From assembly GCA_027923505.1 (NCBI GenBank), contig BROI01000012.1, forward strand, positions 310,001-374,000: DNA of 64,000 nucleotides, in the 5' to 3' direction. This DNA comes from Mayamaea pseudoterrestris. Lineage: Eukaryota. The notes under the pieces were generated by a model, which was not told the origin of the DNA, ran no database searches, and saw only the letters and a list, made by a program, of their open reading frames with translations. The position numbers were made by a program, and so were the translations under genes. The first letter of the stretch is position 1, and each line of letters begins with the position of its first letter. Of this stretch, positions 1 to 10,436 are shown piece after piece.

Positions 1-840
1 AATAGACTCGGGATTGTTGGAGCTGATAAAATTGCGTAGAAACCCGAGAGCCATCTTGGTATGGAGAGCAGCAAGCGTGCCGTCGTTGGCCTCGTAATAG
101 TAAAAGTAGTCGTCATCCTCGCTCATGAGTCCCTTGTCAATGAGGCGGCGAGCCGAGCGGACAAGCTCTGCAGCTGCAACCACTGGGCAGAAGCGAGGAT
201 CACCAGAGCTATGAGTCGTAACACTATCATCCTTTACTTGATTCTTTTGCGCTCGAAAGACGAGAGACACAGAATTGGAAAGATGGAGCGAAGGTGAAGA
301 GTGTGACACGAGCGCGCCGTCTTTCCAGAACCGCGTATCACAGATGCGAATAGGAAGAGTCCTTCGTTCAACTTTGTCTCCTTGATGGATCTGGAGGTAT
401 TCACAAGAGCGTAAACCAAAGAAAGTGGCCAAGGTAATGAGCAGTTGAAAGTGCTGGTAGCTGCGAAGGTTGGAGTGCTCGGCTGCTAGCTTCATGAGGA
501 GAGCCAGAGGGATCGCCTGCTGGTGAGCCGTGGTAGGATCCTCGTTGCGGTAGCCGCGAAACAAACGTGCTAGCACTGGGAGAGTCTCTCCGCGGGCATC
601 GTGGCGGGGATCAGGGTAGCCGGCGGTCGTAAAGGCCTTAGCCACACCTCCGACGGTGGAAGAGACAGATCCGGCAACCAGTGTAGATCCTTTGCGTGCC
701 TTGGAGTACTCGCCGATGCGGACGGATTGGACGAAGGCGACGAAGAGGAGAGCGCGGTTGCCTCTGGAGCAGTCGACCATGAAGGGATCGCCTCCGAAAC
801 CAGCTCGCTCAGCGAATCGTAGCCAACGAGCCCAAGCCAT
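1..840 (-). CDS. Tyrosine recombinase (YR) of the retrotransposon, partial and absent from the ORF track
   Basis: Hand translation: the frame is open from 1047 to the window edge, with the first ATG at 840. It reads MAWARWLRFAERAG...GYPDPR...LFRGYRNEDP...LATFFGLRSCEYL...LVFRAQKN...DPRFCPV, giving the first catalytic R (LRxxE), the catalytic K and the CPV motif. It overlaps the RT ORF 3' end in a different frame. Confidence 0.88.
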   Translation of the reverse strand, partial: MAWARWLRFAERAGFGGDPFMVDCSRGNRALLFVAFVQSVRIGEYSKARKGSTLVAGSVSSTVGGVAKAFTTAGYPDPRHDARGETLPVLARLFRGYRNEDPTTAHQQAIPLALLMKLAAEHSNLRSYQHFQLLITLATFFGLRSCEYLQIHQGDKVERRTLPIRICDTRFWKDGALVSHSSPSLHLSNSVSLVFRAQKNQVKDDSVTTHSSGDPRFCPVVAAAELVRSARRLIDKGLMSEDDDYFYYYEANDGTLAALHTKMALGFLRNFISSNNPESI

Positions 841-3800
841 GTCTTCTCGAACATGAGTGGCTCGGGTGACGCCAATTGACTCGGATTGAGCAGCAGTAAG
901 GAGGAGAGAGCGGACGTAATCTTGCTGGGCAGCGGACGCATCTTGAAGGACGCCGGAACCTGATAGGCCAAGGAAGAAGAGAGGATGAGATTGGTGAGAG
1001 ACTCGTCCGTACTGGAGAAGTCGCGCGAGATGAGGTCGGGGACCACGTTATCCAATCCCATTCGCCACTGCGAGTAGCAGCAAATCCCATATTGGTGACA
1101 AATCTCGGACAGCAACCGCGCTAGTAAAAGCATCTGCGGCGCCGAGGATTCATCCGAGAAGTTAGACCGTCGCAGCCAACCCGCTGCAGTCGTATTGTCG
1201 CCAATAGCAAGAACGCAATCGCCACGTTGAAGGCGTCCTTCGATGGCGGCGAGCCAGATGCCGACGAGTGGACCAACAAACTCGAGGACATTAATGTGAT
1301 GCTCCGGGGCGCCCGGTGGAACCGGGAGACGCCAGCCATTTCCTTCTGTTGTATCATGGCCACCTACTTGCTGAAGGCAAGCGTCGGTAGGAATGATTAT
1401 CGTCGGTACCCGAGGAACGAGTAGATTGATATCGACGCCTCGACGGGCGTCGTCCAGGAGCTCCAGACAGAGAGCAAGATCCCGTCGCTCAGCACGTGAT
1501 AGGCGCGTTTTTCCCCGATGCTTTCCTGATGCTGCCTCAGCGCGAGTCTTTGCCGAGTGTATACGACCAAGGCAAGTGCGCATCTTCAAGACAACAACGG
1601 CAACGTGGACGAGGCGACCAAAGAGCGTGTCGAGCGTGGCTGCCGGAACCAGAAAGCCTTGGCGATCGAGTAGCTCCTGGATATCTTCAGAGTAGATGCG
1701 ATACTTGTCGGGTGGCAGACTGATGAGAAGCTTTCGAGTATCAATCTCCCAACCGAGGACCACTTGAATCTCTGTTAGACACCCTTCTGCAATGAGCTTG
1801 GAGACTGCAATTAGAGCGTTTCGCGGTAGAGGTTCGTCGTCACGCAACGGACGACCCATCACGTCGAGCATTAATGGGATGGCATGAGCGCCTCGGAGAA
1901 GCGCGTCGTCGTTAGTATGGACAATGAGGCCAAGATGATCATCAAGGAAAACATCAAAGAAGGGTAAGCCATCCACCGGGATCAAAGCATTGACCGTCGT
2001 CGGACGAGCGAGTGCAAACGGCGTGGAGGCATCAGGATACACGACTGGTGTCGTAGTGATGTGTTCAATGAATCGAGATTGGAGCTGCTCGGGATTCCAA
2101 GCCGCATCCCGCACTAGCCAGTTGGCCGCATCAGTCACCATTTCAGAGAGGTCACTAAAGATGGTAGGGCAGGGAGACCCGCCGAATGTCATCCGAAGCG
2201 CCAACAGCGCGAGGGTGAAACCCTCTGTGATGCCTTTTGTCGTGGTTGCCGCTTGGACAAGCGTGGCGAGACTAAAATGGCAGTTCTTGTAAGCCGATTT
2301 CCAATCATACTTGGGTAGATACACAGGGAGCTGATGGTAGAGAAGCCTGGTTGCAATTAAACGATTCAGTAGGCGTTGTAGAGCGAATCCATAGAAGACG
2401 GGTGGTAAATCCTCCTCGCGGACTCGTTTATTAACGGAGGTGCCGGCGTGCCGTTGACAAAACGTTTGATCGTGCGTAATGCGGCCGGCTTCCTTGCGGG
2501 ATCCATCAGCTTGTAGTTTAAGTTGTTTGACGTATCCAAAAGGAGCAACAGAGACATTAGGCAGTAGATGAAGAGCCGCGACAGGGAGCGCGAGATGCCA
2601 GCCTTTTGCCGTCTCCTCCTGGAGAGATTCGAGTACCGCTTTCCGTTCTTTGGTTGCCGACTTGTGGTTGCCGTAATCGATCATGGCGTCCAGTTCTTCT
2701 TTACGAAGCTCCTCCTCCAATGGGTTTAAAGGAAAGGAGGCTCCTGACAGAAGAGTGCAGCGGACGCGCTGCCAGTGAGGATGGCCAGCGAAAATCGGTT
2801 CAAGTAGCGCAATGGGACGGAAATTAGAGCCGGGGCAAGTAGGCAAATCCGTGTGGGCGAAGAGGGTTCGTCCAAGATCCAGATTTTGCGCTTGCAGAGT
2901 TGCCATGTTGTGAGCAGCAGCGGCGGCGGAAACGTCAAAGCGGAAGGCGGAAGAGTGCATGCGAGGCGGCGACCAAAGTAAAGCTTGTTGGATGGAGGCA
3001 CACCACGACGGCGCGTGGTGAGGCCAGACGGCTGGTGGTAGATCTAAACCGCGGTCAATGATAGCCGGGTGGGTGGAAAGAGGCTCTGGGTGTGGCTGGC
3101 GTTGGTCGCAGATGACGGGTGATGGAGGAAGAAGAGGGTGGCGCTGGGTAGAGCTAGGTGGGTTGGTGGTGGCGAGTTGATCTTGGTCTTGGTCTGGATG
3201 GGAAAGGGAGCTCCCTGCAACTTGGATTAACTGGCGGGATGGCCAGCCAATTGATGCAGATGTAGAGCGATGGTGAATGGGATTGGATCGAGCATTGAAA
3301 TTGGGAGAAGGAAACTTACTCAATTCTTCGTCAATCCGATCGGTACTCAAGTGGACAGACATGGGATGTTTTGCCGATGGCGGCGCTCCCGAAATACCAC
3401 TGGAGGAGGAGGCAAACATGACTCGTTTGTCTGGAGGAATAGTAGGAAGGAATCCATGATCAGAGAGCTGGTAGCTGTCGGCATTAGCGAGGCCAATGAG
3501 AGGGATGGGCGCAGTGCTGTGGGTTGCAATGCGCTCGAGAGACGGTTGGAGACCGGGAGCAGTGATGGCGGGTAAGCCCGAAGCCAGAGGTGAAACCTCT
3601 CTTGGCCGAGTGCAGGCTGAAGCTGATAAGGGTATATCATGCCGCAGAGTGCGGGTGGTGGAGGTTGGAGGCGGAGCCTCCACCAACAGGGTGCTGGCGA
3701 GAGTCGAGACGGGCGTCTCCGAGTGTATGAGTCGGGGCTCAGCTAGTGGCAAGGAAAGCTCATGAGAAAGGATCTCAATCATGCTGTCGCCTGCCAAGGC

Positions 3801-3902
3801 ATGCTGGCCACTGGGGCTCGAGAAGGACTGGCACGTGCTGGTTGAAGAGGAGGCATCGGCCATGATAGCGTCAGGATCGAGGCTTGAAATTGATGGTAGC
3901 AA
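570..3902 (-). CDS. Reverse transcriptase / RNase H (DIRS-type pol); frame stays open upstream to 4091
   Basis: RT motifs KYDWKSAY, MTFGGSPCP, FLDD and VLGWEIDT. RNase H motifs TDAC, HINVLEF, GDNTTA and NVVPDLISR. The track start is a TTG; the first ATG is at 3863. Confidence 0.92.
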   Translation of the reverse strand: MLPSISSLDPDAIMADASSSTSTCQSFSSPSGQHALAGDSMIEILSHELSLPLAEPRLIHSETPVSTLASTLLVEAPPPTSTTRTLRHDIPLSASACTRPREVSPLASGLPAITAPGLQPSLERIATHSTAPIPLIGLANADSYQLSDHGFLPTIPPDKRVMFASSSSGISGAPPSAKHPMSVHLSTDRIDEELSKFPSPNFNARSNPIHHRSTSASIGWPSRQLIQVAGSSLSHPDQDQDQLATTNPPSSTQRHPLLPPSPVICDQRQPHPEPLSTHPAIIDRGLDLPPAVWPHHAPSWCASIQQALLWSPPRMHSSAFRFDVSAAAAAHNMATLQAQNLDLGRTLFAHTDLPTCPGSNFRPIALLEPIFAGHPHWQRVRCTLLSGASFPLNPLEEELRKEELDAMIDYGNHKSATKERKAVLESLQEETAKGWHLALPVAALHLLPNVSVAPFGYVKQLKLQADGSRKEAGRITHDQTFCQRHAGTSVNKRVREEDLPPVFYGFALQRLLNRLIATRLLYHQLPVYLPKYDWKSAYKNCHFSLATLVQAATTTKGITEGFTLALLALRMTFGGSPCPTIFSDLSEMVTDAANWLVRDAAWNPEQLQSRFIEHITTTPVVYPDASTPFALARPTTVNALIPVDGLPFFDVFLDDHLGLIVHTNDDALLRGAHAIPLMLDVMGRPLRDDEPLPRNALIAVSKLIAEGCLTEIQVVLGWEIDTRKLLISLPPDKYRIYSEDIQELLDRQGFLVPAATLDTLFGRLVHVAVVVLKMRTCLGRIHSAKTRAEAASGKHRGKTRLSRAERRDLALCLELLDDARRGVDINLLVPRVPTIIIPTDACLQQVGGHDTTEGNGWRLPVPPGAPEHHINVLEFVGPLVGIWLAAIEGRLQRGDCVLAIGDNTTAAGWLRRSNFSDESSAPQMLLLARLLSEICHQYGICCYSQWRMGLDNVVPDLISRDFSSTDESLTNLILSSSLAYQVPASFKMRPLPSKITSALSSLLLLNPSQLASPEPLMFEKTWLGLVGYDSLSELVSEAIPSWSTAPEATALSSSSPSSNPSASASTPRHAKDLHWLPDLSLPPSEVWLRPLRPPATLIPATMPAERLSQC

Positions 3903-4051
3903 TTGAATGGGCGCAGCGGAAGGGACCGACTGAATGAGGTCGCCGCGCGATGTAGAAACACTAGGTTGGTCTATAGGAGCGTCTAGGTAGAGGGTTGAAC
4001 CAGACGCTACTATGGTATTAGCTCCATCGGTGCTAGTAGTAGGTGACGTGG

Positions 4052-4094
4052 CTCCTCCATCATGGCTCGCCTGCCATGTGGAGGAGGACCCTCA
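4052..4094 (-). promoter_or_regulatory. Candidate stop-codon readthrough signal: TGA, 5-nt spacer, 14-bp hairpin
   Basis: Minus strand reads TGA GGGTC CTCCTCCACATGGC AGGCGA GCCATG(A)TGGAGGAG. Gag and pol are in the same frame with no other stop between them. Confidence 0.55.
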
Positions 4095-6230
4095 AGAGGT
4101 GTCGCCAACCGCTTGTTTGCGAGCTTTGATAAACGCCTTCAACTCGATAAGTTTCTGTCCGGTAGGGGCGTCATGGACGCGACTGCAACCCTTCCAGTAA
4201 CACTTGCCGAGGCACAACCAATGAAGACAAAACTGCGCCGACTCGCCTTGATCGTTGGTTCCTTTGGGGCAGGCGCCCATGGCAGAATCCGGGAACACGG
4301 TGTTGAATGGTTTCTTGATCTGGAGCTCGGGAAGGGCGTGTGGATTCTTTCCAAGCTTTTTGCCGGCGGCCGCCTTCTGTTGCTTGGGTGGAGAGCCGCC
4401 GTCGCCACCGCCGTGATTTCCACCAGCAAAGGCCGCGCCGCCTCCGCCGGCCTTGTCATGAGTGCGCTTGTTAGAGCTCAGGAGGTAGGATGGAAGACGA
4501 TGAGCGAGTTCGTGAGGAATGGCGTCACGTTGTGGCGAACCAAAGAGGAGGCTTTTCTGAACGTCACGGAGGACGTCAAGGGCAAAAGTGTTCATCGTTT
4601 CCTTGGTCTTGCAGCCTTTCATGTGTTGATCAATGATGTTGTCAATGGAGTTGCAAAGATGAGCCAAGTAGTCAGGATCTTTCAACATGCAAGCAGCGAT
4701 TTTAAAGCGAGCATCGTAGATTGCCGCTCGGACTTCTCTAAGACGCGCGGCGATCAACGTGGTGGTGGATTTGTCGCCTGCCTTGATGCCCGCAAGTACG
4801 TTCCAGAAGATGGCGTAATCCTTCAGTCCTGCCGTAAGACCATCCACTGTTGATGGAAAATCCATTTCTACCTTGCACAGCGCTGTGAGCTCTTCCCCGC
4901 TAACGTTGTTGGCTTCGAGTTTGGCCGACTCGCCAATGGTCTTGAACGGAGAAGCAAAGTCTTGGCGAGCCGTAAACATCATGAGCGACAGATGAACAAA
5001 GAGAGCTCGGTTGACGGCAAAAGGATCGGTTTCGTAGAGCAGACGCGCCAGACCTTTCGAGACAATGAAAGACGAGTTGTACTGGAGCATCTTGGACTGC
5101 AAAAATGCTTGGAGCGCTGCCTTTTTCGAACCAAAGAAAGCCAGATGGAATGAAGATGGCTCAGCCGGAACTGTTGCGTCATCCTTGGCTGCCAAACGGA
5201 GGAACATGCGTTGGTGATCCTCGAGCAAGCTAGAGAAGCTTGGGCTCGCCGCCTGAGATGACGGTGGCGGCGAAGCTTTGTTCTTGTCCTCATACGCCAA
5301 GCGGCCAAGGTCGCCATACTTTGTCGCTACATCCAGAGCCTGTTGGACAATGGCGTCATAGTTTCCAGGAGGAGGAGGCGGATGGAAGCCACCTGGTGGA
5401 CCGGGAGGACCGTGCGCGACGGGCACAAGCAAATGGCGCGCCGTAATGTGCTGATACTCCTCAATGACTAGAGGCGGAAGGTCAGCGAGTTCAACAATGA
5501 GCGGATCGACAGGGATGGCAGTAAAGAAGGCTGCAAGCTTGGTAGAATCGTAGACTCCCGCGGCCTTTGCGAGGATCAAGAAGAGCTGGAAAGCTTTATA
5601 GACTGCCGCGTTGATGTTGTCGCATGGGACATGCTCGCCAAACTGATCGCTCCAAGTTTCGAGTGCCGCCAAGCCATTCAATAGGATGGCTTTCCAGTCG
5701 AAAGGGCCATGCTGCGTGACCACTTCATAGAGGAAAAGAGGCAGCGGGAGGATGGCTGAGGTGGACAGAATGCTGCTGGCGTTGATTGAATCTGACGCCA
5801 TCGTCAAGATTGTTTTCTCGTCACGATTGTGAATGATCTCTTCGGCGAACAGATCATCCATAGTAGGCGTGCGAATGACCATGCCTGGGTCGGTAATAGG
5901 CATCAAGTGGGAGGTAGTGACTCGCATGACACTCGAGTCGACCGCCGATCCGTAAAGGGCGAAAACACTGGTCGCCTCGTGGGGCTTGGATCGATCCTTG
6001 GGGTCGAAGAGACAATGATGAAGGATAGCTCCACCAATCTTTCCTTCCGCTTTGTAGAGGGAAAGGAAAAGGCCGTCTGGGTTGTTGTAGATCGCTTTCA
6101 AACGGGCCGGAACCGAATCGCTTGCAAAGACGCAGCTGTCTTCGAGGAGGGAGGCGTACGGGCGAGCTTTATACATGCCATCCTTGTGCGACTCGTCATA
6201 GAACTCGTCCCAGTTGTTGACGAGCTTCAT
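4092..6230 (-). CDS. Gag-like ORF1 of the YR retrotransposon, 712 aa, with a C-terminal CCCH-type zinc finger
   Basis: Long ORF directly upstream of RT. The C-terminal FCLHWLCLGKCYWKGCSRVH follows a Gly/Lys-rich linker. Confidence 0.8.
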   Translation of the reverse strand: MKLVNNWDEFYDESHKDGMYKARPYASLLEDSCVFASDSVPARLKAIYNNPDGLFLSLYKAEGKIGGAILHHCLFDPKDRSKPHEATSVFALYGSAVDSSVMRVTTSHLMPITDPGMVIRTPTMDDLFAEEIIHNRDEKTILTMASDSINASSILSTSAILPLPLFLYEVVTQHGPFDWKAILLNGLAALETWSDQFGEHVPCDNINAAVYKAFQLFLILAKAAGVYDSTKLAAFFTAIPVDPLIVELADLPPLVIEEYQHITARHLLVPVAHGPPGPPGGFHPPPPPGNYDAIVQQALDVATKYGDLGRLAYEDKNKASPPPSSQAASPSFSSLLEDHQRMFLRLAAKDDATVPAEPSSFHLAFFGSKKAALQAFLQSKMLQYNSSFIVSKGLARLLYETDPFAVNRALFVHLSLMMFTARQDFASPFKTIGESAKLEANNVSGEELTALCKVEMDFPSTVDGLTAGLKDYAIFWNVLAGIKAGDKSTTTLIAARLREVRAAIYDARFKIAACMLKDPDYLAHLCNSIDNIIDQHMKGCKTKETMNTFALDVLRDVQKSLLFGSPQRDAIPHELAHRLPSYLLSSNKRTHDKAGGGGAAFAGGNHGGGDGGSPPKQQKAAAGKKLGKNPHALPELQIKKPFNTVFPDSAMGACPKGTNDQGESAQFCLHWLCLGKCYWKGCSRVHDAPTGQKLIELKAFIKARKQAVGDTS

Positions 6231-6845
6231 GTTGCTTTAATCTATCTTTCTTACAGTCCTTGAACGGGAGTTTCAAGGCAAACAGACCAAAAAGAATGAG
6301 GACGAGTTGCTTGCTTCCTTTTGGTGGGAAGGCGGGCTTCTCAGTCCCTGGAGAGGACCCATGACCTCTGGTCTTGAAACGGAACGCCAATGAGTCATTT
6401 ATGACGTCCTTGAGCCAATCAAATCGTCGCTTTTCTCCGACACTCCAGAATCCCGAATTTGTCGTGAACCGTGAACCGTTGGATCTTTGTCATGGTTGAT
6501 CGTTCCATGAATAACGGAGCGACTTGATGTGACATCACCGCTACGACGTTTTAACGTCGCGCCAAAATCGGCCGACCGATTTTTGAAACCTTTGGCCGGT
6601 CATTTTCCTGCTGATCGACAAGACCTTGAGCGAGTCGCAAGGACAGATTGAAGCAAGAGACCTTCCAAGTACAAAAGAAGAAGCTTGATTTGAAGCTTAC
6701 CGATCGACAAGCCTTCTGAATCGCTGCTACTGTACTCGATTACGGAGTAACACGTCCTTTTCATCGCTGTCTGGCAAGAGTCACACAAACTCGTTCCATT
6801 TCTAAACAACATCATACAAGCAACTCTTCCATTTCGTTAGCAGCC

Positions 6846-8537
6846 ATGGACAAGTTGCCCGACAGCGACGACGAGTCGGAAAGCAGTAGTGTCGCCGACT
6901 TTCAAGTCAAAACTGACATTGCTGCCGACGATGACGATGATTCAAACTCCAGTTCGTCGTCATCGTCCTCTTCTTCGTCTTCGTCGTCAAGCGACAATCA
7001 AGGCGCCAAGGAGACCAGTGGTGCTAGCTCGACTTTTTATACAAGTATTACTGCACCTGCAGCACCTGCTAATACGACCAAGGCTGCTGCACCTGCTAGC
7101 ACGACCAAGGCTGCGCCTGCGCCTGCTGCACCTGCGAGCCCGATTAAGGCTGCACCTGCCGCTCCGATTCCACCTTCATTCCAGCGACAAGTCCGTAGCG
7201 ACTCGCCGCCTCCGTCCAATATTGAATACATGGCAAACATTGGTCATCCCGCAGCCGCTGCTGGTAAGCGTCATGATAGTGACGACGATGACGCCAGCGA
7301 GGAGGAAGTTATTTTCGAGCGAGACCATGCTGTGAGTGACAATGACGACGATCAATACGAGGAGGTAACGGTGGACGAACCGCCAACGGCTGCGGCTACC
7401 GCAACGAAACGAAGGAGTGGCTTGTTTGGCAAGCTGTTTTCCTTTGGTAATCGTCGTCGTCAACACGACAAGGATGCAGTTGACGACGAACAAATCATGC
7501 GCGAGGAGGACCACAATGAACCGTCGGAGCGAAGCATTGACAGTCCGCCGCTGCAGCCCATGCGCCAAGTGAGTGGCGATGACATGGATGCACTCGACGA
7601 AAAACAAGCAAAGGAAATGCAAGAGCATGATGCAAACAAACCATCCAGCAACAAGAAACCCTTCTTGGCAAAAATGTTTGGAAGGAAGCATCACAACAAA
7701 GATAAGGCACTGCAAGTCGATGCACAGGAGCACAATGATGAACGTGAAGCGGAACACGCGAACGTTGCAGCTGCGGCAACGAAACCATCGTTTCTCGCCC
7801 GCGTCTTTGGCGACAAGACCAAGCATGACCATCAAACGCCGCGCCATGCAGATGGTGACATTGAAACACCCGCCGACCAACTGGAAGATGCTCCACACGA
7901 GGATCATCATGACAAGAGTCGCGCCAGCGACGGCGGCGGTGGCAACAGTCACTTACAGTTTCGCACAATATGCCTCTGCATCACGCTCGCAACACTCGTG
8001 ATCATTGCGGCAAGCATTGGCACTGGCTACGCCGCTGGAACATTGTTGCTGGGTCGCAACAATCAAGCTGATCCAAACGTCAATGCCATGGGTGTTTATA
8101 CGTGCCCTTACAACTCGGCACTCTTGAACGTTTCCATCACCTTTGCCACGGATCCAGCCGATGTTGGCATTTCGCTCAAGGATCAAGGTGCCTTTTTGGC
8201 GCGCATTTGGGACTTTGAGCCGGGATCCTTTCGGTCGGCGACGCTCAATCAATTGACCAACTTGTATCAAATCTGTCTCAACGAGCAATTCAACTACGAG
8301 CTGGCGATTGTTTCGCAAAATCAAGTCGGTCTCATCAATACGTTGGGCAGCAACGAGGTTTTCGGCAAGTTTGAAGTGGCGTACAATGAAACGACCATTT
8401 TCACCTATGATGGAGACTGCAACGTCGAGGGCACCGACGCCTGCGGCGCCTACTGCTCGTGCAACTTTACACTGGCGGCGGATGGTTCGAGTGGAGCGTG
8501 CTCGACGAACTGTCCGGCAGCGGCGGCAACAACCTAA
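6846..8537 (+). CDS. Hypothetical single-pass membrane protein, 563 aa
   Basis: ATG-initiated ORF with an acidic Ser/Pro/Ala-rich disordered N-terminus, a hydrophobic helix (ICLCITLATLVIIAASIGTGYAAG) and a Cys-rich C-terminal domain. Confidence 0.75.
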   Translation: MDKLPDSDDESESSSVADFQVKTDIAADDDDDSNSSSSSSSSSSSSSSSDNQGAKETSGASSTFYTSITAPAAPANTTKAAAPASTTKAAPAPAAPASPIKAAPAAPIPPSFQRQVRSDSPPPSNIEYMANIGHPAAAAGKRHDSDDDDASEEEVIFERDHAVSDNDDDQYEEVTVDEPPTAAATATKRRSGLFGKLFSFGNRRRQHDKDAVDDEQIMREEDHNEPSERSIDSPPLQPMRQVSGDDMDALDEKQAKEMQEHDANKPSSNKKPFLAKMFGRKHHNKDKALQVDAQEHNDEREAEHANVAAAATKPSFLARVFGDKTKHDHQTPRHADGDIETPADQLEDAPHEDHHDKSRASDGGGGNSHLQFRTICLCITLATLVIIAASIGTGYAAGTLLLGRNNQADPNVNAMGVYTCPYNSALLNVSITFATDPADVGISLKDQGAFLARIWDFEPGSFRSATLNQLTNLYQICLNEQFNYELAIVSQNQVGLINTLGSNEVFGKFEVAYNETTIFTYDGDCNVEGTDACGAYCSCNFTLAADGSSGACSTNCPAAAATT

Positions 8538-8625
8538 AAGGCGAGATAAGTGCAATGCGATGTATGTTAACGTTCATTAATTATTTGTGTCACATATGCT
8601 ATGTAAAATTCTTAACGTCAGCCAA

Positions 8626-10436
8626 TCAGCACTTGTAAAGTTCCGTATACTTGTTCGTCAAGTACCTAATGTAGTATTCCGGATTAAGCTTTTCGCCCAA
8701 TTGAGCCTCAAGGTGATCGTCAATGCTCTTGTAGAACTTGCCATGCTTGTGCACCTTTTCCGTCAGCCACGCTTTGATTTCCACAAACTCGCCTTTTCCC
8801 ACCTTTTTCTCAAAGTCGGGAATGTCCTTGCGCAGGTAGTGCTCCAACTGCGCCGCCGTGGCTGCTCCAATGAGATACGTGGGAAAGTAGCCGTAGGCCA
8901 GCATGGACCAGTGAATGTCCTGCAGACAGCCCTTGGCGTCCGACGGAACGTTGACACCAAGACTTTGCTTCATGGACGCGTTCCACCGCGCTGGAATCTC
9001 AGCAGCTTGTAACTCGCCCTTGACAAAGTCACTCTCAATTTCATATCGCAAAATGACATGCAGCGGATAGGTCAACTCGTCCGCTTCGACGCGAATCAAC
9101 GATTTCTTTGCCGCATTGACGGCGCCGTAGTAGTCTTTGGCGGTATAGTCGAACCCGTACTGCTCGTTCACCATGGGCGTGGCATACTCCCAAAAGGCCT
9201 TGCTCAAACCAACGTGACGTTCCCAAAAGATGGATTGACTCTCGTGCATACCCATGCTGAGTGCCTCCTGAATTGGTTCGTCGTAAAATTCACCTGAACG
9301 ACTGTCACTGTCACTCACTATATGTTGCTCATACATGGCGTGCCCACCCTCGTGCAGCGTGGCAATCAATCCTTCCCGCCAGTTGTCGGTGGAGAATCGC
9401 GACGTGATGCGCACGTCAAATGGTCCACTGGAACTTGTGAACGGATGCACGCTCACGTCGATGCGTCCCCTGCTGGCGTCGTAGCCAATGGACTGCACCA
9501 ACGTACTGGCGAGTTGCTGCTGCGCGTCGACTGCAACGTGGCGCTGCGTGGGAGCGGTGCTTGGCGGAGTGGCACCTTCGCCCAATACCTTGTCAATGAG
9601 TGGAATGAGCGCCTGCTTGATTTGTGCAAAAATGGCGTCAATGCGTGTTGGATCCATGCCAGTCTCGTACGTATCGAGCATGGTGGCGTAGACGGATGGC
9701 TGCTGCTGCGACGCTTCATGACTTCCCTGCTGCTCACACTTGGCAATATGTATGGCAGTCTCGATGCAACGACTCAAAACGTTGCTAAACAACGAAAAAT
9801 CATCTTCCTGCCGCGCCTTTGCCCAGGCGGAGTACGCCTCGCTCGAGAGTTGCGCCTTGCGCGCCGCTAGTTCGTTGGGAACGCAACTGGCTTTGAGGTA
9901 GTTCTTTTTCGCCAGCTCCAAGTTGCGCTGCTCCCTCTCACTCAACTGTGTCGCTTCTGCCTCCACCTTGCGAATGAGCGCACCAATCTTGTCACAGGTG
10001 CTCCTTTCGTGAATCACCGACGCCAGCGCGGCCGCCTGCTTGCCGCGGTCAACGGAGGCAGCGGCGGGCATGAAGACCATCTGTGAATATGTAAAAACAC
10101 GCGGTAGAGATTTTGAAACATGGAGTGAGAATGTTTCACTAACTGCGAGATAATTCCAACGATTCATGATTCATATCGCACCTTGTCGTAACCGAGAATG
10201 GAGGAAACGCGCGACAGCTGCTTGATTGCGTCGAGCTCCTTGAGTAGCTCCTGGTAGGCCGTCATGGTGGTGGATGCTGATGTTGCTTCTGTCGTGGCAG
10301 TCGCCATTGTCTTGTGAATTGTCTTACTGCTTCCGCCGCGCAAGTGAATAGCCGATGCCTTTACGGAAAACGAATGAACGTTGCGAACGTGTGACAATGA
10401 GGAAGCAATGCTCAAAACGAGTCGCTTCCAGTTCAT
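8626..10436 (-). CDS. M32 metallocarboxypeptidase (carboxypeptidase Taq family), 2 exons, intron 10081-10181
   Basis: Motifs HPF, DVRITSR, HEGGH, HESQS, IRVEADELTYPLHVILRYEIE, GCLQDIHW and GYFPTY. Splicing GTGCGA...CACAG joins LGYDK to MVFMP in frame. Confidence 0.93.

Larger units (their letters stand above)
1..6400 (-). mobile_element. DIRS-order (Ngaro/PAT-like) tyrosine-recombinase retrotransposon; 3' end lies outside the window and the 5' boundary is approximate
   Basis: Minus-strand order is gag-like ORF (4092-6230), RT/RNase H ORF (570-3902), then an overlapping tyrosine recombinase frame (840 to <1). No DDE integrase, protease or methyltransferase motif was seen. Terminal repeats cannot be checked because one end is missing. 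Confidence 0.88.
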
